32,000 bases of DNA from Burkholderiales bacterium (GCA_026400155.1 JAPLPO010000024.1:44053-76052), one strand, 5' to 3'. Shown: positions 1 through 9,073, numbered from the stretch's first letter. Numbers and translations are program-made. The notes: generated by a model from the sequence alone, not told the origin.

Positions 1-1
1 A

Positions 2-985
2 ATCTTATCCCCCATTGTGGGCGACAACAACGTGCGCTCACAGGTCAACATGGCGCTTGACTTTACGCAAACCGAAGTAACGACCGAAGATTTTGACACC
101 CGCGATAAAGGACCCAAAACCCGTTCGGAAGCGCTGAGCGAAGACAAAAGCGGTGCCGCAGAAGCCGAAGGCATTCCTGGCACATTGTCCAATACACCAC
201 CGCCAGCACCTTCTGCAACCACAAACTCTTCAGCTTCAACGCCTGCAGGATCTGGTGGCACCACCAACAGCACAACCGCACGCAGTACGCGCAACTACGA
301 GTTGGACAGGTCAGTTCGCCACGTAAAGAACGCAACAGGCACCGTCGACCGTTTGAGTGTGGCTGTCTTGATCAATGAACGTGCACCTACCACCACCAAG
401 AACGAAAAAGGCGAAGTCACCGATTCAAAGCCGAACCCCTATACCGATGAAGAATTAACCCGTATGCAAGATTTGGTGCGCGGCGTAGTGGGCTACGATG
501 AAAAACGCGGTGACGTGGTCACGGTGGTTCAGGCCAAGTTTGAACCAGGAACTGTTTACGACTTGAGCATTCCTTGGTACAAAGATGAATCTATGCAAAC
601 CTACATCAAGAGTGGTTTGTTGGGTGTGATGTTCCTGGCATTTATCATGATGGTCATTCGCCCTGCGGTCTTGCGTATGTTGGGCTTGCTCAAAACGCCA
701 GCCGAGTTGGAAGCTGAAGCTGCAGCCGCATTGTTGGCAGCCGAGAAGGTTGCACTGGGCGATGGCGAGTTGTCACCAGAAGACATGAATGCCATCCAGT
801 TGGGCGAAGGCGAAACCTTGGAAGAAATCAAGGCCAAACTCAAGCCTAAGAAATCGAGCATCTCTATGGAGATGTTGGACACGGCCAATACTTACGACGA
901 CAAGGTTGCGCTGGTGCGTATGATTGTGGCGGAAGACACCTCGCGTGTGGCCAGTGTGCTAAAGAAGATGATCAAGTTAGCCTAA
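2..985 (+). CDS. fliF: Flagellar M-ring protein FliF, C-terminal part (5' end outside the window)
   Basis: The frame is open from the window edge (ILSPIVGDNNVRSQV...). It has a Ser/Thr/Pro-rich linker, then RNYELDRSVRH...DRLSVAVLIN, a C-terminal TM helix (LLGVMFLAFIMMVIRPAVL) and a tail. It lies directly upstream of fliG. Confidence 0.9.
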   Translation: MLSPIVGDNNVRSQVNMALDFTQTEVTTEDFDTRDKGPKTRSEALSEDKSGAAEAEGIPGTLSNTPPPAPSATTNSSASTPAGSGGTTNSTTARSTRNYELDRSVRHVKNATGTVDRLSVAVLINERAPTTTKNEKGEVTDSKPNPYTDEELTRMQDLVRGVVGYDEKRGDVVTVVQAKFEPGTVYDLSIPWYKDESMQTYIKSGLLGVMFLAFIMMVIRPAVLRMLGLLKTPAELEAEAAAALLAAEKVALGDGELSPEDMNAIQLGEGETLEEIKAKLKPKKSSISMEMLDTANTYDDKVALVRMIVAEDTSRVASVLKKMIKLA

Positions 986-994
986 GGATTGACC

Positions 995-2050
995 ATGGCC
1001 GAAAAAGAAATAAGCAAAAACCCAGCGGATATCGAAGCTGCAGAAAAACTGCGCGTAGAGATGTCCAACATCAGTGGCGCACAACGAGCAGCCGTGTTGA
1101 TGTTATTGCTAGGTGAACAACAAGCGTCAGAAATTATCAAGTTTTTGAACCCTACAGAAGTGCAAGCTTTGGGCGGCGCCATGGTGGCGGTTTCTGATGT
1201 CTCGCAAGAAGCCGTGAACGAAATCTTGGACGACTTTGTGTCCACCATCAAAAAGCAATCGAGCTTGGGTTTGGGCACCACCGACTATGTGGAAAAAGTG
1301 TTCAAGCGTGCTTTGGGCGACGACAAGGCAGCCTCTGTGTTGGGCCGCATTTTGCCAGGCCAAAGCACCAAAGGCCTCGAAATTTTGCAGTGGATGGATG
1401 CTCGCGCTATTGCCGACATGATCAAAACCGAGCACCCGCAGGTGACGGCCATTATCTTGTCTGTGCTAGACCACCAAGTGGCTGCCGACGTGCTGAACTT
1501 CTTGCCCGACGAAACTCGCCCAGAAATTATTCAGCGTGTGGCCAGCTTAGAAACTGTGCAGCCCTCGGCCATGCAAGAGCTTGAGTCTATTATGAAGCTG
1601 CAGTTCACCAACAACACCAGCTCGAAGTCTTCCAGCTTTGGCGGTATCAAGGCAGCTGCGCAAATCATGAACTCCACGAAGACCGCTTTGGAAGCGTCCA
1701 TCATGAAGGGCTTGGAGAGCATCGATGCCGACTTGATGATGCGCATTCAAGACAATATGTTTACTTTCGAAAACCTCAGCGCCGTGGACAACAAAGGCAT
1801 TCAGGTGCTCATGCGTGCGGTGGACAACAACCAGCTGATGATTGCCATGAAAGGCGCCAGCGAAGACGTCAAAGCACGTTTCTTCGACAACATGTCCGAG
1901 CGTGCGCGCGGTATGTTCAAAGACGAGATGGACGCCAAAGGCCTCATGCGCTTGTCGGATGTGGAAGAAGCGCAGAAACAAATCATGCGCTCTGCCCGCA
2001 AGTTGTCTGACTCTGGTGAGTTGGTCTTAGGCGGAGGCGATTTTGTATAA
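995..2050 (+). CDS. fliG: Flagellar motor switch protein FliG
   Basis: ATG at 995 is preceded by AAGGA at 984-988; the ORF track begins at TTG 989. It shows FliG-typical segments GAQRAAVLMLLLGEQQASEI and EHPQVTAIILSVL, plus the C-terminal charged helix region MSERARGMFKDEM. Synteny is fliF-fliG-fliH. Confidence 0.93.
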   Translation: MAEKEISKNPADIEAAEKLRVEMSNISGAQRAAVLMLLLGEQQASEIIKFLNPTEVQALGGAMVAVSDVSQEAVNEILDDFVSTIKKQSSLGLGTTDYVEKVFKRALGDDKAASVLGRILPGQSTKGLEILQWMDARAIADMIKTEHPQVTAIILSVLDHQVAADVLNFLPDETRPEIIQRVASLETVQPSAMQELESIMKLQFTNNTSSKSSSFGGIKAAAQIMNSTKTALEASIMKGLESIDADLMMRIQDNMFTFENLSAVDNKGIQVLMRAVDNNQLMIAMKGASEDVKARFFDNMSERARGMFKDEMDAKGLMRLSDVEEAQKQIMRSARKLSDSGELVLGGGDFV

Positions 2051-3092
2051 CGCTTCATCTGGCCCAACAGCCAAATTGGGTTTGCCAAAGGGTGCGCCTG
2101 TGTGGCAACCCCTCAAGCCCCTCAAACCCGTTGAGTTGCAAAACGCAGGGTTTGTGCAAGAAAAGTATTTGCAGGGCAAATCTGCGCATTTCTCCTTGTG
2201 GACAGTTGAAGAACAACTGGCCGCTGGCAAAATTGCGCAAGAAGCCGAGGATCTCACCATCACAGACGTGGTGGACAAAAACCACGACGATGCCAACCCC
2301 TCCGCAGAAGCGGTACTTTCTGGCATGGATGCCGAAACCTTAGAGCATATTAAAAAAGAAGCCTACGAGCGCGGCGTGCTCGAAGGTAAAAAACTGCAGC
2401 AAGAAGCTGCCGTGCAAGAAGCTGAACAAGCCCAGGCTGACAGCTTGGCGGCCTTGGCCGACAAAGCAAACCAACTCTTGGTCAACATTGAGCAAGGTGT
2501 TGCAGCCTTGCAGGAGAACCCTGCCGCTTGGAACGAGCCTCTGAAGCGTTTGGCTATGCATTTGGCAGAGCAACTCACCCTCACTGAGTTGAGCATTTCT
2601 GCCAATGCCATTCAAACCATGATTGACCGCTGCATTGAAACCTTGGATGTTCAATCTGCCGCCAGTGTGGTGGTTGAACTCAACCCCAACGACATGGCTT
2701 TGCTGCAAAACCACAAGGCCGTCCCTGGCGAAAAAACACATCAGTGGCGCTTGGTGGCAGACGCTCATTTGCTACCAGGCAGTGTGCGCGTGCGCGCAGA
2801 CGATGCCGTTGTGAGCGATCTCATTGAGCATCGCCTAGAAACTTTGGCGCATGCCTTGTTGGAAAATCCTAAGCCATGGCAATCGCAAACAGCCTTCCAA
2901 CCCGAGCGCTTGGCCGCTCGCAGAGGCAAAGCAGAAACCGTAGAAGATGCACTGCCACGTGATGCCGGCTCTAGGTTTGAAACAGCAGAGCCTTTAGATT
3001 TATCGTCGCTAGATTTACCCGACTTGGACTTGGCCTTGCCCGAAGCAAGCCCCAAGGCAGATGAAAACAACGCAGGGCCAGCGCATGACTAA
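2043..3092 (+). CDS. fliH: Flagellar assembly protein FliH (start uncertain)
   Basis: It sits between fliG and fliI and has a Glu/Ala/Gln-rich coiled-coil centre (EAYERGVLEGKKLQQEAAVQEAEQAQ). The candidate TTG start at 2043 overlaps the fliG stop. At 349 aa it is longer than enteric FliH and has an acidic/Pro-rich tail. The identification rests mostly on synteny. Confidence 0.7.
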   Translation: MYNASSGPTAKLGLPKGAPVWQPLKPLKPVELQNAGFVQEKYLQGKSAHFSLWTVEEQLAAGKIAQEAEDLTITDVVDKNHDDANPSAEAVLSGMDAETLEHIKKEAYERGVLEGKKLQQEAAVQEAEQAQADSLAALADKANQLLVNIEQGVAALQENPAAWNEPLKRLAMHLAEQLTLTELSISANAIQTMIDRCIETLDVQSAASVVVELNPNDMALLQNHKAVPGEKTHQWRLVADAHLLPGSVRVRADDAVVSDLIEHRLETLAHALLENPKPWQSQTAFQPERLAARRGKAETVEDALPRDAGSRFETAEPLDLSSLDLPDLDLALPEASPKADENNAGPAHD

Positions 3093-4413
3093 TTTTGCAG
3101 CTGAAGTTGCCCGCAGCATGTCCCTAGCGCGGGCCTCAAGTCCTGAGCGCTGTGGCACCTTGGTGCGCTTGGTGGGCCTGCGCATGGAAGCGCGCGGCAT
3201 CATGGCGCCGGTAGGCTCTAGTTGCGAAGTGATTGGTCAAGATGGCCACCGCATTGAAGCCGAAGTGGTGGGCTTCAACGACAAAACTTTGTACCTCATG
3301 CCACTCACTGAGCCTGTGGGCATTGGCCCTGGTGCGTCGGTACGCATGGCCTATGACTTGGGCACTGCTTGCTTAGGCCCCGAACTTTTAGGCCGCGTGA
3401 TCGATGGCCGCGGCGAGCCCTTGGATGGCAAACCCAAACCTGCATGCAAAGCGCGTCTGAGCTTGCTGGGCTTGCCCATCAACCCCATGGAGCGTGGCCC
3501 CATCGACAGCGTGCTAGATGTAGGCGTGAAAGCCATCAACGGTTTATTGACATTGGGTCGCGGCCAGCGCGTCGGCTTGGTAGCCGGCTCTGGCGTAGGC
3601 AAGAGTGTGCTGCTGGGCATGATGACCCGATTTACCAAAGCCGATGTAGTGGTCATTGGTTTGGTGGGCGAACGAGGCCGCGAGGTGCAGGCCTTCATTC
3701 AAGAATCTTTAGGTGAAGAAGGTTTGGCCAAGTCGGTTGTGGTGGCAGCACCTGCCAACGTATCGCCCGTGCTTCGCTTGAAGGCGGCGCACATGACCCA
3801 TGTGATTGCAGAATATTTTCGGGATCAAGGCTTGAATGTGTTGATGTTGGTCGACAGCCTTACGCGCGTGGCCCATGCCCAACGCGAAATTGGCTTGGCC
3901 ATTGGCGAGCCGCCCACCGCCAAAGGCTACCCGCCATCGGTGTTTGCCTTGCTACCCAATTTGATTGAGCGAGCAGGTGTAGGTCGGCATGGTCATGGCT
4001 CCATTACCGCCATTTACACCGTGTTGGCCGAGGGCGATGACGCCAACGATCCCATTGTGGACATTGCCCGCGCTTCCTTGGACGGTCAAGTGATGCTGTC
4101 GCGCAAATTGGCCGATGCGGCGCACTACCCTGCCATCGATTTGAATGGCTCTATTTCCAGGGTGATGCAAAGTTTGCTGTCGCCCGAAGATTTGAAAATG
4201 GCCAATAAGTTCAGACGCCTATGGTCTTTGTACCAACAAAACATGGACCTGATTCAAGTGGGCGCTTACGAAGCTGGCAGCAATCCCACATTGGACGAAG
4301 CCATTCGATTGCGTGAATCGATGGAGCAGTACTTGCGCCAAGACATGCACGAAGGCAAAGACGAAGCCAGTACCCGTGAAGACATTCGCAACATGATGGC
4401 GGTGCTGGCATGA
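3061..4413 (+). CDS. fliI: Flagellum-specific ATP synthase FliI
   Basis: Walker A is GSGVGKS and Walker B is VLMLVDSLTR. The rest has an F1/T3SS-ATPase-like layout. An alternative ATG lies at 3085. The gene overlaps the fliH 3' end. Confidence 0.95.
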   Translation: MKTTQGQRMTNFAAEVARSMSLARASSPERCGTLVRLVGLRMEARGIMAPVGSSCEVIGQDGHRIEAEVVGFNDKTLYLMPLTEPVGIGPGASVRMAYDLGTACLGPELLGRVIDGRGEPLDGKPKPACKARLSLLGLPINPMERGPIDSVLDVGVKAINGLLTLGRGQRVGLVAGSGVGKSVLLGMMTRFTKADVVVIGLVGERGREVQAFIQESLGEEGLAKSVVVAAPANVSPVLRLKAAHMTHVIAEYFRDQGLNVLMLVDSLTRVAHAQREIGLAIGEPPTAKGYPPSVFALLPNLIERAGVGRHGHGSITAIYTVLAEGDDANDPIVDIARASLDGQVMLSRKLADAAHYPAIDLNGSISRVMQSLLSPEDLKMANKFRRLWSLYQQNMDLIQVGAYEAGSNPTLDEAIRLRESMEQYLRQDMHEGKDEASTREDIRNMMAVLA

Positions 4414-4868
4414 ACGACACTGTGGTGGCTCGCCCCTGCTGGACCATCTTGGCGCAAAAGGCCGAAGATAAAATTGCGCTCATTCAAAATGAAATGATGC
4501 TGGCGCGCCAACGCCTTCAAAGTCTTCAAACCAGTGAACAGCGCATTCAAAAAATGTACGATGAATACCGCGATGGCCTTACCCAGTCTGATACCCAAAG
4601 TATGGGCATGCGGGAAGCCATGAACCAGCGTCAGTTCATGTCACAACTTTTAAGCCTGATGCAGCGCGTTAAAACCGACATTCTTTATACCGAAAACGCC
4701 ATCATTGGCATCAAAGAACAATTGATTGTGCAAGAGCGCGAGCGCATCAAAATGCAAACATTGGCCGATCAAAACGCCATGGCTGTTCAACGTGAAGAGA
4801 ATAAAAAAGACCAACGCCGCATGGACGCTTTGGGAGTGATGCAGTTCAACCTCAAGCCACAAGCATGA
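4410..4868 (+). CDS. fliJ: Flagellar export chaperone-like protein FliJ
   Basis: It is a 152-aa predicted coiled-coil, Gln/Met/Arg-rich protein. Its start overlaps the fliI stop in an ATGA junction, and it holds the canonical position after fliI. Confidence 0.75.
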   Translation: MNDTVVARPCWTILAQKAEDKIALIQNEMMLARQRLQSLQTSEQRIQKMYDEYRDGLTQSDTQSMGMREAMNQRQFMSQLLSLMQRVKTDILYTENAIIGIKEQLIVQERERIKMQTLADQNAMAVQREENKKDQRRMDALGVMQFNLKPQA

Positions 4869-5584
4869 ACCTCACGGGCGGCTTGGCTTGGCACTGGCTG
4901 GCATGGCGCTCTCACGCACGTTGGGCACCCACTTCACAAGCCATTGAGCAATGGCTTTTGTCTAATGCTCAAACCTCTGCATCTCGCAACCTAGAAAGCC
5001 GCCCTAGCCTGCTGCTCATTGGTGCCAGTGCGGGCTGGATGATGTCTGGTCCATGGCTTCAGAAATTTGCCAGAGTAGACACTTTTGACATCGATCCCAG
5101 AGCAGCCCTGTTGTTCAAATGGCGCCATGGCAAAGCACTTCAGGCCACACGCACAGAACTTCATTGCCACACGCGCGATGGCTTGCAAGACTTGCACGCT
5201 TTGCTGTCGGCACACCCCAAGGCCTGTGTATTTTTTGACAATGTCTTGGGCCAATTGCGCTTTCAAAACTTGGCCACCGATTGGCAGCAAGTAGAGCGCC
5301 AACTTAAACAACTCAAGGTGCAACTCAAAGGCAGAGAATGGGGCAGCTTGCATGATCGAATGTCTGGGCCATGCACTCGGCCCATTGCACTAGAAAGTGA
5401 TTTGCCGGTTCGGCATCCCGATTGGCACGACCAGCATTGGCTCACGCAATTGGATGCGCAAAGCCCCTGGCTGGATCACTTAACGCAAGACGTTTTTCCA
5501 ACAGGCGTGTCAGTGAAAGATTTTGCTTGGAATTTTTCGGCCCAGTACAGGCACTGGCTTCAGGCCGGATGGGTACGGCCATGA
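4865..5584 (+). CDS. Hypothetical protein in the position usually held by fliK; weak Rossmann/methyltransferase-like motifs
   Basis: Its start overlaps the fliJ stop in an ATGA junction. The product is 239 aa and Trp-rich. LLLIGASAGWMM, then VDTFDIDP, then CVFFDNVLGQL resemble class-I methyltransferase motifs I, post-I and II, but I do not recognise a family. Confidence 0.6.
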   Translation: MNLTGGLAWHWLAWRSHARWAPTSQAIEQWLLSNAQTSASRNLESRPSLLLIGASAGWMMSGPWLQKFARVDTFDIDPRAALLFKWRHGKALQATRTELHCHTRDGLQDLHALLSAHPKACVFFDNVLGQLRFQNLATDWQQVERQLKQLKVQLKGREWGSLHDRMSGPCTRPIALESDLPVRHPDWHDQHWLTQLDAQSPWLDHLTQDVFPTGVSVKDFAWNFSAQYRHWLQAGWVRP

Positions 5585-5598
5585 CTGCATTGAAGCGC

Positions 5599-6054
5599 TT
5601 ATTTGCCGCAAATGAATTTATAGAGCGCCACCAAGGGCGTATCGGGGGGAATGGTTTGCCACTCGCGCATCACACCCTGCGAGTCGACAATTTCACCCGT
5701 GAGCATGGGGCCGCTGTGCATGGAAAACTGCAAGATATGAACCATTTCTTTGCGGCAATCCATTTCCATGTGCGTGCGAGTGGATACAAAAAATGCACCT
5801 CTTTGCGCTTTTTGAGGTGTTCTGTAATCGAGCAAGCTCCAAAACGATCGAATGGGGCCGTTGCGTTTGATGGTGCCGTCATCGACATAAATAATGCCCG
5901 AATCGGTTGTGGTTATTTTTTTCCACTCAGCCTGGGCAGAAAGCGGTGCCAACAGAACAAGCAAACTGGCCACAAGCGCCAAGCCAACATTCAAAATAGC
6001 GCCCCAAGCATGTGGGAGGGCCGAATTTTTAAGAAGATTGGGTTTGGTATTCAT
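5599..6054 (-). CDS. Secreted surface-adhesin-E-like domain protein
   Basis: I chose the start at MNTKPN (cat at 6052-6054) because it gives a signal peptide ending ...LLAPLSAQA and leaves the gene divergent from the 6101 ORF. The mature part (EWKKI...IIYVDDGTIKRNG...FWSLLDY...MEMDCRKE...YKFICGK) resembles the Haemophilus protein-E-type adhesin domain, as far as I recall it. Confidence 0.6.
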   Translation of the reverse strand: MNTKPNLLKNSALPHAWGAILNVGLALVASLLVLLAPLSAQAEWKKITTTDSGIIYVDDGTIKRNGPIRSFWSLLDYRTPQKAQRGAFFVSTRTHMEMDCRKEMVHILQFSMHSGPMLTGEIVDSQGVMREWQTIPPDTPLVALYKFICGK

Positions 6055-6100
6055 GCTCCCTACTATAAAGTAGCGCACTGATCTTGAAAAGAGCCATGCC

Positions 6101-7012
6101 ATGAACTTCCCCTCCTTGACTAAAGCACCTGTGCGTTTGAAAAACTTTTGCCTGCTTTTGGTATGTCTTGCTTCTTCACTCACCATGTTGGCATGTGGAG
6201 GGGGTGGAGGGGGTTCAACTGGCGGAAGTGATGTTCCATCAAACAATCCCCCCCAACCACCCGTTCTTTCCACTCTAAGTCCTGGTGCTTATGTCTGGTA
6301 TGAAAAAGACAACAAAACAGATGGCAAGGATTGGGTCGGTATCGTGCTTCCGACATCAGGCAGCGGAAATTCCTTTTTTGGACTTCATTTTTATTATGCC
6401 AACGCCCAACCACCTAGATTTGACCCTGACCTTTACAGCGGAATAGGGAAAATTTCAGGACAAAATACTGCTGACCTTAGCTCAGTTGCCTTGTTCGAAG
6501 ACTTTACCAAGCAAAACCCAACAATTGGAACAGGCACTTTTTCAAGCCTATCGAATGGATCTATGAAAATTGACTTTAGTTTTCAAGATCCAATCAACAA
6601 AGATAGCAAACGAATTGCCATACCCAATGCCATTGCGCCAGAGGGCTTCAGTTCAAATTCAACGGCCTCACTAAGCTCAATAGTCGGGAAGTGGACTGGT
6701 CGTTGGTCATACGGTGGCGTAAGTCTTGCAGATTTTCAAATCACCATTTCGCCTGATGGCAGCTTTACCAGTTCTGGCCCATTTCAAACTGAGTGCGTTT
6801 TGACTGACGCAAAATTGACTCCAACCGACAACAGTCTATTTACACTGGCATTGACCATTCCACCGAGAACACTCTGCACTTCATTTGGAGGCAGAACACT
6901 CAATGGTGCCGCCTTTGTGCATAAAAGCCCAGTTGCAGGCAAAACACTACGCCTCTATCTAGTAGGCATTACTTCCGACGGCCGAGGTATCAGTTTCAAA
7001 GCCGATCGATAA
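6101..7012 (+). CDS. Lipoprotein, unknown function
   Basis: It has a signal peptide with the lipobox LTMLAC, followed by GGGGGGSTGGS and a Pro-rich linker. GC looks lower than in the flagellar genes. Confidence 0.7.
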   Translation: MNFPSLTKAPVRLKNFCLLLVCLASSLTMLACGGGGGGSTGGSDVPSNNPPQPPVLSTLSPGAYVWYEKDNKTDGKDWVGIVLPTSGSGNSFFGLHFYYANAQPPRFDPDLYSGIGKISGQNTADLSSVALFEDFTKQNPTIGTGTFSSLSNGSMKIDFSFQDPINKDSKRIAIPNAIAPEGFSSNSTASLSSIVGKWTGRWSYGGVSLADFQITISPDGSFTSSGPFQTECVLTDAKLTPTDNSLFTLALTIPPRTLCTSFGGRTLNGAAFVHKSPVAGKTLRLYLVGITSDGRGISFKADR

Positions 7013-7076
7013 ATTCAAGTTTTCAAGCTTACTGACGAATCTGTCTAAGCACGGAAATTACATTCTGGAATAGACC

Positions 7077-8381
7077 ATGATTAAACTTATCGCCATCATA
7101 TTGCTCGCCATCTCTACAGCTGGTGCGGGCTACTTTGGCTGGACACAAAAGAAGTCGAGCGCAGCGGCAACCGAGCAAGTGGCTGAACTCACTCAAAAAG
7201 TAGAAGAGGCAGATAAAAAAGTCGAAGCCACTGAACAAGAGTTGGCCGCAAGCAAAGAATTGCTCCCGCCTTTAATGACCAAAGCCCAAGAACTTGAAGC
7301 TGTGAAAGCGGCTTTTTCGTATGGCATGGTGTTGAAAGACCTTGAGGCTGCGTATCTCAAAGAGAAAAAAGCACTTTCTACCGAGCGTCAACTGGGCTTG
7401 GCAGGCGTTCGCCTCTTAACCAATGGCACCAAAGACCCCGCCACTGTAGAAGCCTTTCAAAAAGCTTTGGAAATGACCGACTGGAAAGGCCAGCAAAAAG
7501 TCATTTGTGCCGCTCAAAATGCATTAGCAGCAGCTGGCGAAAAAGTGAAGGTCATGTCGGAATGTCAGCCTGAGGCTGCAGCTGGTAAAGGTGAGAGTAA
7601 GGCGGGCTCCAAAGCAGCACCAGCTGACAAAGCAGAAAGTAAAGACGCTAAAAGCTCTGACGAAAAAAAAAATGATAAAAAATTAGACAAGAAGGGTGCC
7701 CACGGACCTGCCGATGCACACGCTGTGCATTGGGAATACGAAGGTGCCATGGGCCCAGAGAATTGGGGCAAAGAATTTCCAACTTGCGGCAGAGGCAAGT
7801 CGCAAGCACCTTTGAACGTCAAAGGTCCGTTTGAAAAGGTTCGCTACAGCCTCGCACCAGATTACAAACAAGGCCAGCTCAAAATTGTGAACAACGGTCA
7901 CACCATTCAAGTGAACGTACCCAATGGTTCCAAAATTCGAATTGATGGCAGACCTTACGACTTGGTGCAGTTTCACTTTCACCGTCCTAGCGAAGAACAC
8001 ATTGACGGCAAACCATCGGCCATGGTGGTTCACTTGGTGCACAAAAACATGGAAGGCGAACTGGCCGTACTCGCTGTGATGCTTCGCGAAGGCAACGAAA
8101 ATTCAGTCATTAAAACTTTATGGACGCACGCACCCAAAAATGAGGGTCCCGAAGTTGTGCCCGACGGTGTGATGTTCAACCCTGCGAACTTGCTGCCTAA
8201 AGAGCTAGATTTCTTCCACTACGACGGCTCACTCACCACGCCGCCTTGCACAGAAGAAGTAAAGTTCTTCATTTTAAAAACGCAAGTGAGTATCAGCAAA
8301 GACCAAGTAACAGACTTCCCATTCAAGATGAATGCGCGTCCTATTCAGCCTGCCAATGGTCGGCCTATTTATTCAAATTAA
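7077..8381 (+). CDS. Alpha-class carbonic anhydrase with a ~217-aa N-terminal membrane-anchor/coiled-coil/Lys-rich extension
   Basis: The C-terminal half carries alpha-CA signatures: HWEYEG, SQAPLNV, NNGHTIQVN, QFHFHRPSEEHIDG, VVHLVH and GSLTTPPCTE. The N-terminus is a TM helix (IKLIAIILLAISTAGAGYFGW), followed by an Ala/Glu/Lys-rich region. Confidence 0.9.
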   Translation: MIKLIAIILLAISTAGAGYFGWTQKKSSAAATEQVAELTQKVEEADKKVEATEQELAASKELLPPLMTKAQELEAVKAAFSYGMVLKDLEAAYLKEKKALSTERQLGLAGVRLLTNGTKDPATVEAFQKALEMTDWKGQQKVICAAQNALAAAGEKVKVMSECQPEAAAGKGESKAGSKAAPADKAESKDAKSSDEKKNDKKLDKKGAHGPADAHAVHWEYEGAMGPENWGKEFPTCGRGKSQAPLNVKGPFEKVRYSLAPDYKQGQLKIVNNGHTIQVNVPNGSKIRIDGRPYDLVQFHFHRPSEEHIDGKPSAMVVHLVHKNMEGELAVLAVMLREGNENSVIKTLWTHAPKNEGPEVVPDGVMFNPANLLPKELDFFHYDGSLTTPPCTEEVKFFILKTQVSISKDQVTDFPFKMNARPIQPANGRPIYSN

Positions 8382-8387
8382 CGGGCC

Positions 8388-8993
8388 TCAGAGGTCTTGA
8401 TTGGTGTTGCTTGGGTAGTGAACCCATTCGGCTGTGACGGGGCTTGGTGCAATGGCACTGGGAAACCTGACCCAGCCTTCGACCTTTTTAGACATGGCGA
8501 ACATCGTGGCGGGAAACCTCACCCAGCTTTCAGTTTTAGGATTGATTTTGGGTGTGGCGGTTTTGGTGCCTGCCAACATGCCTTTGACCGGCATCTTTGT
8601 ACCAGCTGAACTTGCATCAGCCAAGTTGGGCGCTTGTGAAGCAGCAATTTGAGCAAACTTGTCGCCCAACTGCGCTTCCACCATATTGAATACTTGATTT
8701 TGGTTGGGCACCTTCAAGGCCGTACTTAGGATGGTCACACTGTTGATGTCCTTGCTGAAATGCAAGGGGTTGAGCGCTTTAAAGGCTTCTGCCAAAACCT
8801 CTGGTTTAAGGTCATGGTTGGGCATGGTTTTGGCAATGATTCGCTCCAGCGATTCGCCCACCATGGGGGTATATTTGAAACTTGACTTGAGACCCTCCCA
8901 GTTCACCAAGCTGCTTGCTTGACTGATAGGGGCTGCTGCTAAACCAAAGGCCAGCACAGCAGCTGCAAAAATGGGGCGGTAGGCATGTGTCAA
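8388..8993 (-). CDS. Secreted protein with a FimV-type LysM-like domain and C-terminal WVRFP repeats
   Basis: The signal peptide ends ...AAPISQA. YTPMVGESLERIIAKTMP...ALNPLHF...LKVP resembles the FimV N-terminal LysM motif. Three W-V-(R/H)-(F/Y)-P repeats lie near the C-terminus. Confidence 0.6.
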   Translation of the reverse strand: MTHAYRPIFAAAVLAFGLAAAPISQASSLVNWEGLKSSFKYTPMVGESLERIIAKTMPNHDLKPEVLAEAFKALNPLHFSKDINSVTILSTALKVPNQNQVFNMVEAQLGDKFAQIAASQAPNLADASSAGTKMPVKGMLAGTKTATPKINPKTESWVRFPATMFAMSKKVEGWVRFPSAIAPSPVTAEWVHYPSNTNQDL

Positions 8994-9073
8994 GGTTTCG
9001 ACTCCTAAAGGGAGAAATCAAGGGTTTTGACACTCCCTCCTGCAAGACACATGCCATCGAAAAATTGACAGGG

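Noticed and set aside
1547-1981. 144-aa minus-strand ORF, and many similar 60-140-aa antisense or alternate-frame ORFs in the track (for example 2340-2768, 3351-3698, 17949-18380, 19162-19746, 22678-23214, 24963-25556).
   Set aside because: They lie entirely inside strongly supported genes on the other strand or in another frame. Their composition is skewed (Arg/His/Cys/Gly-rich), which is typical of GC-rich shadow frames, and they lack an RBS.
5422-6081. 219-aa plus-strand ORF overlapping the adhesin-E-like gene.
   Set aside because: Its composition is not protein-like (Arg/His/Gly/Phe-rich, no motifs). The minus-strand frame gives a signal peptide plus a recognisable domain.
6055-6273. N-terminal 73-aa extension of the minus-strand ORF 5599-6273 (MERTGGWGG...PPPPPP...).
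   Set aside because: It overlaps the start of the divergent lipoprotein gene and precedes an obvious signal peptide, so the internal Met at 6054 is the more plausible start. The poly-Pro stretch mirrors the Gly run of the lipoprotein gene on the other strand.
6985-7005. A sigma-28-like GCCGAT...CGATAA word near the end of the lipoprotein gene.
   Set aside because: It does not match GCCGATAA contiguously, lacks a TAAA -35 element at the proper spacing, and lies inside coding sequence.
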